Below, piece by piece: positions 8,845-16,609 of a stretch of 32,000 nucleotides of DNA. The stretch comes from Pseudomonas aeruginosa. Lineage in GTDB: Bacteria > Pseudomonadota > Gammaproteobacteria > Pseudomonadales > Pseudomonadaceae. The position numbers and the translations under genes are program-made. How positions within the stretch are numbered: position 1 is the stretch's first letter; each line of letters opens with the position of its first letter. The notes under the pieces are model-generated. The model ran no database searches and was not told where the DNA came from. It worked only from the letters and a program-made list of their open reading frames with translations. Location of the stretch: contig NZ_LN831024.1 of NCBI RefSeq assembly GCF_001457615.1, forward strand, positions 2,070,001 through 2,102,000, in the 5' to 3' direction.

Positions 8845-9168
8845 TCAACGGCCTTTCTGCTTGCGCAGGCCGAGCAACAGCGGGGCCAGGGCGACGCCCA
8901 GGCGCAGCAGACGCTGCCAGCGTCCGCCCTTGCCAAGCAGTACGCCCAGCAGTGCGGCTCCGCCGGCGCCCCAGAGCGCCGCATTGCCACCGCCGAACAG
9001 TTGCTGGCTGAGGTTGTGGCCCAGCCCCTGGGCCTGGCGGAAGGGTTGCACCAGCAGTTGGCTTTCGCGGCGCAATTGCTGGCGCTGCATTTCCAGGCGC
9101 AGGCGGATCACCGCCTTGCGCAATTCGCGACGCGACAGGCCGGTCGCGTTCACCGGTAGTTGGCTCAT
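8845..9168 (-). CDS. YqjK-like small membrane protein, third gene of the yqjD-like operon
   Basis: 107 aa. The N-terminus is Arg/Gln-rich and coiled (RRELRKAVIRLRLEMQRQQLRRE) and the C-terminal half is hydrophobic and Gly/Leu-rich. An AAGGAA RBS lies 8 nt upstream. The gene starts 13 nt after the yqjE-like stop. The assignment rests on operon context (yqjD-yqjE-yqjK in enterobacteria). Confidence 0.6.
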   Translation of the reverse strand: MSQLPVNATGLSRRELRKAVIRLRLEMQRQQLRRESQLLVQPFRQAQGLGHNLSQQLFGGGNAALWGAGGAALLGVLLGKGGRWQRLLRLGVALAPLLLGLRKQKGR

Positions 9169-9181
9169 GCGCGTTTCCTTG

Positions 9182-9562
9182 TCATGGCAGCAGTCGCTCG
9201 CGGTCGTTGGCCAGTTCTTCCAGGGTGGCGCTGAACGGCGAGCTTTCGTCGTTGATCGACTGGTACAGGCGCCAGCCGCAGAACAGCGAGCCGATCACGT
9301 AGAACAGGCACAACCCGAGCGCCGCTGCGAGCCGGTTGGTGTCCCAGAATACGATCAGCACCAGCAGCGACAGGCCGACCAGCAGGAGCAGGGCAAATAC
9401 CAGGGCCAGCCCGGCGAACAGCAGCAGGCGCAGGGTGTTGGCCTTCTGTTCCTGCAGCTCGATGCCGAACAGCTCGACGTGACCGTGCAACAGGCCGAGG
9501 AAGGCGGCGCCGAAGCGCCGCAGGGAGGGGCGGCCGTCCGCCGGGTCCTTTCCTTCGCTCAT
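9182..9562 (-). CDS. YqjE-like / phage-holin-family (holin superfamily III type) inner-membrane protein
   Basis: 126 aa with two long hydrophobic helices (LRLLLFAGLALVFALLLLVGLSLLVLIVFW and AAALGLCLFYVIGSLFCGW). It starts 3 nt after the yqjD-like stop. Confidence 0.7.
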   Translation of the reverse strand: MSEGKDPADGRPSLRRFGAAFLGLLHGHVELFGIELQEQKANTLRLLLFAGLALVFALLLLVGLSLLVLIVFWDTNRLAAALGLCLFYVIGSLFCGWRLYQSINDESSPFSATLEELANDRERLLP

Positions 9563-9565
9563 GGC

Positions 9566-9895
9566 TCAGCGCCGGCTGACCAACAGGCCAAGCAGGAAGC
9601 CGACGCCGGCGGCGATGCCGATGCTCTGCCAGGGGTGTTCGCCGACGTACACCTCGGTGGCGTCCACCGCGGCCTGGCTGCGTTCGCGGACGTTGTCCTT
9701 CAGCGAGTCCTTGGTGTCGCGCAAGGTATCGCGAGCGCGCTTGAGGCTGTCGTGGATCTTGCCGCGGATTTCTTCGGCCTGGTCGCCCGCCACGTCGGCG
9801 GTGCTTTGCAGGAGTTTCTCGGTATCGGCGACCAGTGCCTGGAATTCAGCCAACAGTTCATCCTTTGCAGCGTTTGCAGTGGTCTTGCGGGGCAT
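9566..9895 (-). CDS. ElaB/YqjD/DUF883 family membrane-anchored ribosome-binding protein
   Basis: 109 aa. The N-terminal region is charged and helical, and the C-terminal tail anchor EHPWQSIGIAAGVGFLLGLLVSRR is diagnostic of DUF883. Confidence 0.85.
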   Translation of the reverse strand: MPRKTTANAAKDELLAEFQALVADTEKLLQSTADVAGDQAEEIRGKIHDSLKRARDTLRDTKDSLKDNVRERSQAAVDATEVYVGEHPWQSIGIAAGVGFLLGLLVSRR

Positions 9896-10086
9896 GACGA
9901 GCTCCTCTGGTCATGGGGTGTGTTTTTTCGAGCCGAGCGCGGGGCGGAAGGTTCAACCGGTGGGTAATTTCCGCGCGTTGCCGGTCGCTCCCGGCGTTCC
10001 TTTCATTAAAGACTGCCACAGCGTGCCTGTCGGCGCGGCTGCGGCGAGATGACGCCCATCCGGCTGCCTCGCAACGGGGCGCGAAC

Positions 10087-10102
10087 TGGTATGGCGCTTG
10101 CA
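10087..10102 (+). promoter_or_regulatory. Candidate sigma54 (-24/-12) promoter upstream of the Amt-family gene
   Basis: TGGTATGGCGCTTGCA compared with the consensus TGGCACG-N4-TTGCW. The GG and GC dinucleotides have exactly the canonical spacing. The site lies on the + strand, about 260 nt upstream of ATG 10364. Confidence 0.4.
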
Positions 10103-10363
10103 ATTCCCTGGTGCGCACGTCGGCCGGAATGCCCCTTGCGAGGGCGCCAGGCGCTCCCGGAGGGTACTTCGGGATGAACGTCCAACCCAATGAAAATCAA
10201 GGAAAGTCCGGGAGCTTTCCATGCTGCCTCAGGCACCTTGCGAAACGTCTGCCGAAGAAAAGCGGCGGTTCGCACGACGACTACTGCTTCGTCATGGTGC
10301 GTTGAAGGGCGGGCGTGGGCGTTTCTGGTGCTTTCTCTCTACGCGCGAAGGCTGCCTCAATCC

Positions 10364-11572
10364 ATGGATAACCTGAATAGTGCGGTGCAAGTCCTGATCC
10401 ACGGCTCCAATACCCTGTTCATCCTGCTCGGAGCGGTGATGGTGCTGGCGATGCACGCCGGCTTCGCCTTCCTCGAGGTGGGCACCGTGCGCCTGAAGAA
10501 CCAGGTCAACGCCCTGTCGAAGATTCTGTCCGACTTCGCCATCTCGGCGCTGGCCTATTTCTTCGTCGGCTACTGGATTGCCTACGGCGTGACTTTCTTC
10601 CATCCGGCGGCGGCGCTGACCGTGGACAGTGGCTATGCGCTGGTGAAGTTCTTCTTCCTGCTGACCTTCGCCGCGGCAATCCCGGCGATCATCTCCGGCG
10701 GCATCGCCGAGCGTGCCAGGTTCGGTCCGCAGTTGTGCGCCACGGCGCTGATCGTGGCCTTCGTGTACCCGTTTTTCGAAGGCTTGGTGTGGAACGGCAA
10801 TTTCGGCTTGCAGGAATGGCTGAAGCTGGAGTTCGGCGCGCCCTTCCACGATTTCGCCGGCTCCGTGGTGGTGCATGCGCTGGGCGGCTGGCTGGCATTG
10901 GCGGCGGTGCTATTGCTGGGCAGCCGCAACGGCCGCTATCGCGACGGCAAGCTGGTGGCGATGGCGCCGTCGAGCATCCCGTTCCTGGCACTGGGGTCGT
11001 GGATCCTGATCATCGGCTGGTTCGGCTTCAACGTGATGAGCGCCCAGACCCTCGCTGGGGTCAGCGGGCTGGTGGCGGTCAACTCCTTGCTGGCGATGGT
11101 TGGCGGCACCATGGCGTCGCTGCTGATCGGCCGCAACGACCCGGGTTTCCTGCACAACGGTCCGCTGGCCGGGTTGGTGGCGGTGTGCGCCGGTTCCGAC
11201 CTGATGCATCCGATCGGCGCGCTGGCTACCGGCCTGGTGGCGGGGGCCCTGTTCGTCTGGGCGTTCACCGCGACCCAGGTGCGCTGGAAGATCGACGACG
11301 TCCTCGGTGTCTGGCCGTTGCACGGTCTTTGCGGGGTCTGGGGCGGGATTGCCTGCGGCATCTTTGGCCAGCAGGCATTGGGTGGGCTCGGCGGGGTGAG
11401 CCTGGCCAGCCAGGCGCTCGGCAGCCTGCTGGGGGTGACGGTGGCTTTCGCCGGCGGCCTGTTGGTCTATGGGCTGATGAAGGCGCTGCTGGGCATCCGC
11501 TTGAGCCAGGAGGAGGAGTACTACGGTGCGGACCTGTCGATCCACAAGATCGGCGCGATCAGCCACGAATGA
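10364..11572 (+). CDS. Ammonium transporter (Amt/MEP/Rh) family protein, with no adjacent glnK
   Basis: I re-called the start at ATG 10364 (MDNLNSAVQVLIHGSNTLFILLGAVMVLAMHAGFAFLEVG), giving 402 aa. The track ORF from 10190 adds 58 non-membrane residues. The protein is polytopic and carries the Amt signature FHDFAGSVVVHALGGW. Confidence 0.85.
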   Translation: MDNLNSAVQVLIHGSNTLFILLGAVMVLAMHAGFAFLEVGTVRLKNQVNALSKILSDFAISALAYFFVGYWIAYGVTFFHPAAALTVDSGYALVKFFFLLTFAAAIPAIISGGIAERARFGPQLCATALIVAFVYPFFEGLVWNGNFGLQEWLKLEFGAPFHDFAGSVVVHALGGWLALAAVLLLGSRNGRYRDGKLVAMAPSSIPFLALGSWILIIGWFGFNVMSAQTLAGVSGLVAVNSLLAMVGGTMASLLIGRNDPGFLHNGPLAGLVAVCAGSDLMHPIGALATGLVAGALFVWAFTATQVRWKIDDVLGVWPLHGLCGVWGGIACGIFGQQALGGLGGVSLASQALGSLLGVTVAFAGGLLVYGLMKALLGIRLSQEEEYYGADLSIHKIGAISHE

Positions 11573-11663
11573 GGGGGCGGACTTCCTTGGTCCGGTGGGG
11601 TATCGGCGGATAACGCCCCAGGCGCTATCCGTCCTGCACGCTGCGAGCGAGGCATCCCGCCAT

Positions 11664-11695
11664 GAAAGAGGCCACCCAAGGGTGGCCTCTTCGTT
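11664..11695. terminator. Bidirectional terminator in the Amt/opdQ convergent spacer
   Basis: GAAAGAGGCCACCCAAGGGTGGCCTCTTCGTT contains a perfect inverted repeat AGAGGCCACCC/GGGTGGCCTCT. It is flanked by A-rich sequence 5' and T-rich sequence 3'. Confidence 0.65.
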
Positions 11696-11756
11696 CCGCC
11701 GCGGGGCTCTGGGGAGGGGCGGATGGCCGTAGCGCGGCTATCCGCGGGGCCTGCCG

Positions 11757-13022
11757 TTACCAGAGCGGCAGCGTGTAGCTGACGATCAGGCGATTTTCGT
11801 CGTAGTCGTTGGTGTAGTTGGTGCGCATGGTCGCGTTGCGCCACTTCACCCCGAGGTTCTTCAACGGGCCGCTCTGGAACACGTAGGCGATGTCCATGTC
11901 GCGTTCCCATTCCTTGCCTTCGCCCGAGGTGGTCAGCAGGTCGATGTTGTCGCCCTTGACGTAGCGGGTCATGAAGGTCAGGCCGGGAATGCCGACGCCG
12001 GCGAAGTTGTAGTCGTAGCGCGCCTGCCAGGATTTCTCGTCCTTGTTGGCGAAGTCGCCGATCTGGATGAAGTTCACCAGGTAGGGGTCGGCGCCGTTGA
12101 TGTAGGCGAAGCCGGTGTCGCCGCTCATCTTCTGGTAGCCGACGCCGAAGGCGTGGTAGCCGAGGCTGTAGGTGAACATGGCGTTGAGCGCCTTGTTGTC
12201 GACGTTGCTGGAACCGTCGTCGGTGGAGCGCGCCCAGCGGATGTCGGATTTCAGCGACTGCTTGTCGGCGATCGGCAGGGTGTGCACCAGGCCGAGGTAA
12301 TGCTGCTTGTAGAAGTTGTCGAGCTTGCCGTAGTGGTAGCTGGTGCTGAGGTTGTCGGTCCACTTGTAGCTGCCGCCGGCGAAGTCGAACTTGTCCGAAG
12401 TCAGCCCGGAACGGACCACGATGTTGCGCTTGCCGCCACCGGTGATGGTCATGTCCTCGTTGTCCGAGGAGTCGCGCTGGTTGACCTTCTTCAGGCGCCC
12501 GGCGTCGAGGGTCAGGCCGTCGATCTCCATGGAGTTCAGCGCGCCGCCCTGGAAGGTCTGTGGCAGCAGGCGGCTGTCGTTGGGCATGATCACCGGCAGC
12601 TTGGGGGTCAGGGTGCCGATCTTCAGGGTGCTCTTCGACGCCCGCAGCTTGGCGGTGATCCCTGCCTCGCCATAGTCGTCCTGGGCGCGGCCGGTCTCGC
12701 GGTCGCGCTTGAGCAGGCCGGTGCCGCTGCGGTCGGGGCTGGAGTCGAGCTTCACCCCGAGCAGGCCGATGGCGTCGACGCCGAAACCGATGGTGCCCTC
12801 GGTGTAGCCGGATTCGTAGCGCAGGAGGAAGCCCTGAGCCCATTCCTCGGCCTTGGACTGGCTGGCGCCTTCCTGGCGGAAATCACGGTTGAAGTAGAAG
12901 TTGCGGAGTTCGATGCTGGCCTTGCTGTCCTTGATGAACTCGGCATGGGCCAGGGTTGGGACGGTAATGCTGGAACCCAGCGCGGCAAAAGCCACGGCAC
13001 GGGCGATCGGGGTCATGCTCAT
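11757..13022 (-). CDS. opdQ: OprD-family substrate-specific outer-membrane porin
   Basis: 421 aa with a signal peptide ending in TLAHA. The mature N-terminus EFIKDSKASIELRNFYFNRDFRQ and the C-terminal ...VSYTLPLW are typical of OprD/Opd porins. A GAGGAG RBS is present. The symbol comes from recalled synteny (PA3038). Confidence 0.9.
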   Translation of the reverse strand: MSMTPIARAVAFAALGSSITVPTLAHAEFIKDSKASIELRNFYFNRDFRQEGASQSKAEEWAQGFLLRYESGYTEGTIGFGVDAIGLLGVKLDSSPDRSGTGLLKRDRETGRAQDDYGEAGITAKLRASKSTLKIGTLTPKLPVIMPNDSRLLPQTFQGGALNSMEIDGLTLDAGRLKKVNQRDSSDNEDMTITGGGKRNIVVRSGLTSDKFDFAGGSYKWTDNLSTSYHYGKLDNFYKQHYLGLVHTLPIADKQSLKSDIRWARSTDDGSSNVDNKALNAMFTYSLGYHAFGVGYQKMSGDTGFAYINGADPYLVNFIQIGDFANKDEKSWQARYDYNFAGVGIPGLTFMTRYVKGDNIDLLTTSGEGKEWERDMDIAYVFQSGPLKNLGVKWRNATMRTNYTNDYDENRLIVSYTLPLW

Positions 13023-13190
13023 TGTTATTGTCTCCTCGAGCGCTTGGGGCAGGCCGATGGCGGCGGCGTGACGCCACGTCGGCCTGTGACAGCCCGGTTA
13101 CTTAAGCACTACAGGAAGACGGCCACTGTTAGACATTAGTCGAGGGTGGCCGCGAATTGGCACGAACCCTGTCTAGGACGGGCTTTCCCG

Positions 13191-14057
13191 CTATTCCAGC
13201 CAGTGCGGGAAGTAGCCCAGGGCGGCCTGGACCCGCGCATCGTGCGCCGGAATCACGCTCAGGCGCGGGTCGCTGCGGAGCAGCAGGCGGATCTTCGCCA
13301 GTTGCGCGAGGGTGCGCGCGGGATCGCGATCGACCAGGGCGCGGCCGGCGAAGAATTTCTGCCGTGGGCCTTCGACGCCTTCGAGTCGCCAACTGGTGTC
13401 GCCGCTGAAGAACAGCCGGCGCCCGCTGTCGAGGGTGACGAACAGACCGACCGAGCCGGGCGTATGGCCGGGCAGGGGGACCAGCACCAGGCGGCCGTCG
13501 CCAAACAGGTCGAGGCTTTCGTCGAAGCCCATGAACGGCCGCGGATCGAAGCTGTAAGGTCGCCAGCGCACGCCATGGCGGAATTGGCTGGGGAAGGCGG
13601 CCGGCGGGGTGGCGATGCGGCTGAAGGCGATCTCCTCGTAGGGTGCCCAGACCGGTACTTCGGGGAAGTCGACCAGGCCCGAGGCGTGATCCCAGTGTGC
13701 GTGGGACAGCAGGATGCGATCGACGCGGATACCGGCTGCGTCCAGTTGGTCGCGCGCCGGGACGACTTTCTGGTAAGCGAACAGCGGCGCTGCCCACCAA
13801 GGCATGTCGGCGCGGAACTGGGCGTCGATGTCGCGCCCCAGGCCAGTGTCGAAGAGCAGGGTGGCGGCGTGGTGCTCGATCAGCACCGCGGTATGGCTGA
13901 GCGGTACCCGGCGCACCCAGGAGCCGCCGTCGACGGTGAGCGCATCGAGGGTTTCCACTCCCGAGGTGCGCAACAGGGCGACTCGCATTTCCGCCGCCTG
14001 CACCGGCAGGACGAGGAGGGCGATCAACAACGAGGCAAGGCGATACAGGAAAGGCAT
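13191..14057 (-). CDS. Secreted MBL-fold metallo-hydrolase (lactonase/thioesterase-like)
   Basis: The zinc motif HxHxDH is present as LLSHAHWDHASG, with downstream PLPGHTPGS and a distal IPAHD. There is an N-terminal signal peptide (MPFLYRLASLLIALLVLPVQAAE). I prefer ATG 14057, which overlaps the upstream TGA by 1 nt (TGATG), over the TTG at 14060 used in the track. Confidence 0.8.
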   Translation of the reverse strand: MPFLYRLASLLIALLVLPVQAAEMRVALLRTSGVETLDALTVDGGSWVRRVPLSHTAVLIEHHAATLLFDTGLGRDIDAQFRADMPWWAAPLFAYQKVVPARDQLDAAGIRVDRILLSHAHWDHASGLVDFPEVPVWAPYEEIAFSRIATPPAAFPSQFRHGVRWRPYSFDPRPFMGFDESLDLFGDGRLVLVPLPGHTPGSVGLFVTLDSGRRLFFSGDTSWRLEGVEGPRQKFFAGRALVDRDPARTLAQLAKIRLLLRSDPRLSVIPAHDARVQAALGYFPHWLE

Positions 14058-14988
14058 CAAGATTCACCGGGAGGAAGAAAAGGGGATGGCTGGGGCTCGC
14101 CGAATGCCAGCGGCAGGCGGCCGCGCCGCCAGCGCCAGCCTGCGGGGCGCAACGCCAGCAGGCGCTCGGCGCCGGCGGGCCAGGGGATGGATGGCTGCGA
14201 ACCCGGCCAGAACAGCTCGGCCTCGGCGTGCAGGTGCAGCAGGTCGCCATTGTCGAAATCGATGAACAGCAGGCCGCAGCGAGGATCCTGGAGCAGGTTG
14301 CCGAGGGTATTGAACAGGCGGTTGCCGGCATAGTCGGGCAACCACAGGCGGCCATCCGCGCCGAGCCGGAGAAAGCCCGGCGGCCCGCCCCGATGGGAGA
14401 CGTCGACGCCGCCTCTGAGCGGGTCGGCATGCTGGCTGGCGATGAACAGCGTATCGCTGCACGAGACCAGCGACAGCCAGCGTGGATCGAGTCCTTCGCC
14501 CTGCAATGCGGGACTTGCGATCCTGGAGACGGGCTGATGGCTGCGCGCCTGGATGTACTTGGGACAGTTTCCGAAGGATTGCTCGACGCCGACCGTGAAA
14601 CCCTTTCCGTCCCGCGCCAGGACCCGTCCATTCATGCGGTTGCGGCGGCGGGTCGGCCATTCCAGGCCGAGGATGCCGAGGCGGGTGCCAGCCTCGAGAT
14701 TGGCCGCCAGCGGATCGTCCGCTTGCGGCAGGTTGTCGATGCGCAGGCGGGTCGGTTCCGGCGAACGGGCGAAGCCGGGGGGCCCCAGAGCACCGAGGCG
14801 CTGGGGTAGCCGTCGGCGTCGAGGCTGCCCACCAGCAACAGCGATAGCAGGGCGAAGAACTCCCGGTGCTGGTCCGGCATGAAGGTGCGGATCGCGCGGC
14901 TGCCGAAGCCGGCGACCTGTTCGCGAACGCCGGCGCGTTCCTGGATCGCCAGTTCGCCGGTGTGGAAGGGACTCTGTTCCTGGCTCAT
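14057..14988 (-). pseudogene. Pyridoxamine-5'-phosphate-oxidase-like (FMN-binding split-barrel) gene split by a 1-nt frameshift at a C6 run
   Basis: Two track ORFs (14632..14988 and 14057..14635) lie in different frames. The N-terminal ORF looks protein-like only up to ...SASVLWGPP. Shifting frame at the run 14777-14782 (GGGGGG on +, CCCCCC on the coding strand) gives a stop-free continuation: GFARSPEPTRLRIDNLPQADDPLAANLEAGTRLGILGLEWPTRRRNRMNGRVLARDGKGF... This has a strong GC3 bias and joins the second ORF seamlessly. Confidence 0.7.
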
Positions 14989-15004
14989 GCTGCCTCCTGC
15001 CGAG

Positions 15005-15601
15005 CTACAGGCCGGGCATCGGGATGTAGCCGGGCAGCGCGCGGATGCGGGCGATCCAGGCGTTCAGCGCCGGGTAGTGGTCCAGCGCCAGGCCGCCTTC
15101 GGGGGCGAGGGCCAGGTAGGGGTAGAGGGCCACGTCGGCGATGCTCGGCTGTTCGCCCTGGGCCAGCCAGCGATGCTCGGCTAGGTGCCGGTCGACCAGG
15201 CGCAGCACTTCCAGGCCTCGCTGGTGGGTTTGCTCGCGATCCAGCGGCAGGTTGAAGCGAGTGATCAGCCGGGCGCTGGCCGGGCCGTTCTGCACCTCGT
15301 TGGCCGAATAGCTGAGCCAGTAGGCGATGCGGCCCTGGCTGACGGGGTCGAGCGGATACCACTCGGGGCCGGCATGGCGTCGTGCCAGATAGACGAGAAT
15401 GGCGTGGGAGTCGCCCAGTTGCAGCTCGCCGTCTTCCAGCACCGGGATCTGTCCGCGGGGATTCATGCGGAGGAAGGCCTGGGTCTTGTGCTCGCGGTTG
15501 AGGAAATCGACCGGCCGCAGCGTCGCCTCGCGGCCGATGAGGGAGAGGAACAGGCGGACCTTGTAGGCGTTGCCGGAGAGATCCAGGTCATGGAGTTTCA
15601 T
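15005..15601 (-). CDS. Glutathione S-transferase
   Basis: 198 aa. The N-terminal thioredoxin-like GST domain (GQIPVLEDGELQLGDSHAILVYLA) is followed by a helical C-terminal domain. An AGGAGG RBS for the next gene lies 16 nt downstream, indicating an operon. Confidence 0.9.
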   Translation of the reverse strand: MKLHDLDLSGNAYKVRLFLSLIGREATLRPVDFLNREHKTQAFLRMNPRGQIPVLEDGELQLGDSHAILVYLARRHAGPEWYPLDPVSQGRIAYWLSYSANEVQNGPASARLITRFNLPLDREQTHQRGLEVLRLVDRHLAEHRWLAQGEQPSIADVALYPYLALAPEGGLALDHYPALNAWIARIRALPGYIPMPGL

Positions 15602-15639
15602 CTGAGGGTTCCAGGCGGGTATTGGTGCCTGGATATTAG

Positions 15640-15653
15640 ACAGACAGGTCTGT
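15640..15653. promoter_or_regulatory. Candidate TetR operator in the GST/TetR divergent spacer
   Basis: ACAGAC-AG-GTCTGT is an inverted repeat with 6-bp arms. It sits in an AT-rich context (GGATATTAGACAGACAGGTCTGTATATTTC) within the 165-bp divergent intergenic region. Confidence 0.4.
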
Positions 15654-15766
15654 ATATTTCAAGGCGCGCGTTCGCCTTTTTCCGTCGGTATTCGTCCGGG
15701 GAGCGACGCAGAGCGGTTCAAGGGGGCGGCAGGGTCGCGCATAATGGGCCGCTCAGGAGGCTTTCC

Positions 15767-16324
15767 ATGACATCCCGCAAACGCGAGCAACTGCTCAGCA
15801 CCGCCGTCGACCTGTTCTATCGCGAGGGTTACCACGCCACCGGCATCGACCGCATCCTGGCCGAATCCGGGGTGGCGAAGATGACGCTGTACAAGCACTT
15901 TCGCTCGAAGGACGAACTGATCATGGCCGCCCTGGAGGTGCGTCGGCAGCGCACCGCCGAACGCATGCTCGAAGCCGAGGCACGGTTGCAGCCGCGAGCG
16001 GCGATCCTGGCGGTGTTCGATGGTCTGCAGGAGTTCCTCCAGGACGAGGCGTTCCGTGGCTGTGCCTTCATCCATGCCGCCGCCGAGTTCCATGAGCGCT
16101 CGCATCCGATCCATCGCCAGGCGGCCGAGCAAAAGGCCTTCGTTGAAGCCTATTTCCAGCGCCAGCTGGAGCGCCTGGGCGCGCGTTCGGCGGCACTGCT
16201 TGCGCGGCAGTTGCAATACCTGATGGAGGGCGCCCTGGTGATGGCGCACATCCATGGGCCGGCGGATCAGGCTCGCGAGGCCCGGCAGGCGGCCGAAAGT
16301 CTGTTGCAGGTCGCTGGCATCTGA
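15767..16324 (+). CDS. TetR/AcrR family transcriptional regulator
   Basis: I re-called the start at ATG 15767, preceded by an AGGAGG RBS, giving 185 aa. The track ORF from 15185 runs antisense through the GST gene. The HTH is TGIDRILAESGVAKMTLYKHFRSKDEL. Confidence 0.9.
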   Translation: MTSRKREQLLSTAVDLFYREGYHATGIDRILAESGVAKMTLYKHFRSKDELIMAALEVRRQRTAERMLEAEARLQPRAAILAVFDGLQEFLQDEAFRGCAFIHAAAEFHERSHPIHRQAAEQKAFVEAYFQRQLERLGARSAALLARQLQYLMEGALVMAHIHGPADQAREARQAAESLLQVAGI

Positions 16325-16369
16325 GCGCGGGTGCTACCATCGCCGCGAAACACTGCACAGGTCCTTTCG

Positions 16370-16609
16370 ATGCCCCCGGAATGCCAACTCTTCGGAACCC
16401 TCGGTTGCCACCTCTGCGAAGTCGCGGAGGCGGTGCTGATGCCCTTCGTCGAACATGGCCTGCTGGTCGAACTGGTGGACATCGCCGACGACGAAGCCTG
16501 GGTCGAGCACTATGGCCTGCGGATCCCGGTGCTGCGCCGCTGCGACAATGGCGCCGAGCTGAACTGGCCGTTCGAGGCCGAGCAGGTCGCAGCCTTCCTC
16601 AGCTGCTGA
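16370..16609 (+). CDS. Glutaredoxin-like small thioredoxin-fold protein (DUF836-like)
   Basis: 79 aa counted from ATG 16370. A CxxC motif lies near the N-terminus (LFGTLGCHLCE), and the cis-Pro region YGLRIPVL is typical. The start is uncertain because the track uses the GTG at 16331. Confidence 0.7.
   Translation: MPPECQLFGTLGCHLCEVAEAVLMPFVEHGLLVELVDIADDEAWVEHYGLRIPVLRRCDNGAELNWPFEAEQVAAFLSC

Noticed and set aside
10201-10212. The 12-mer GGAAAGTCCGGG is identical to the CR-I core of bacterial RNase P RNA (GAGGAAAGUCCGGGC)
   Set aside because: None of the flanking RNase P elements (CR-II to CR-V, P4 partner, ACAGAA-type segments) are present. Locally the 12-mer simply forms the 5' arm of a small hairpin (GGAAAG...CTTTCC). 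rnpB is expected elsewhere in the genome.
13158-13173. TGGCACGAACCCTGTC, a sigma54 -24-like TGGCAC in the opdQ upstream spacer
   Set aside because: The -12 element is CTGTC rather than TTGC(A/T). In addition, the site is on the + strand, pointing into the 3' end of the convergently oriented MBL gene and away from opdQ.
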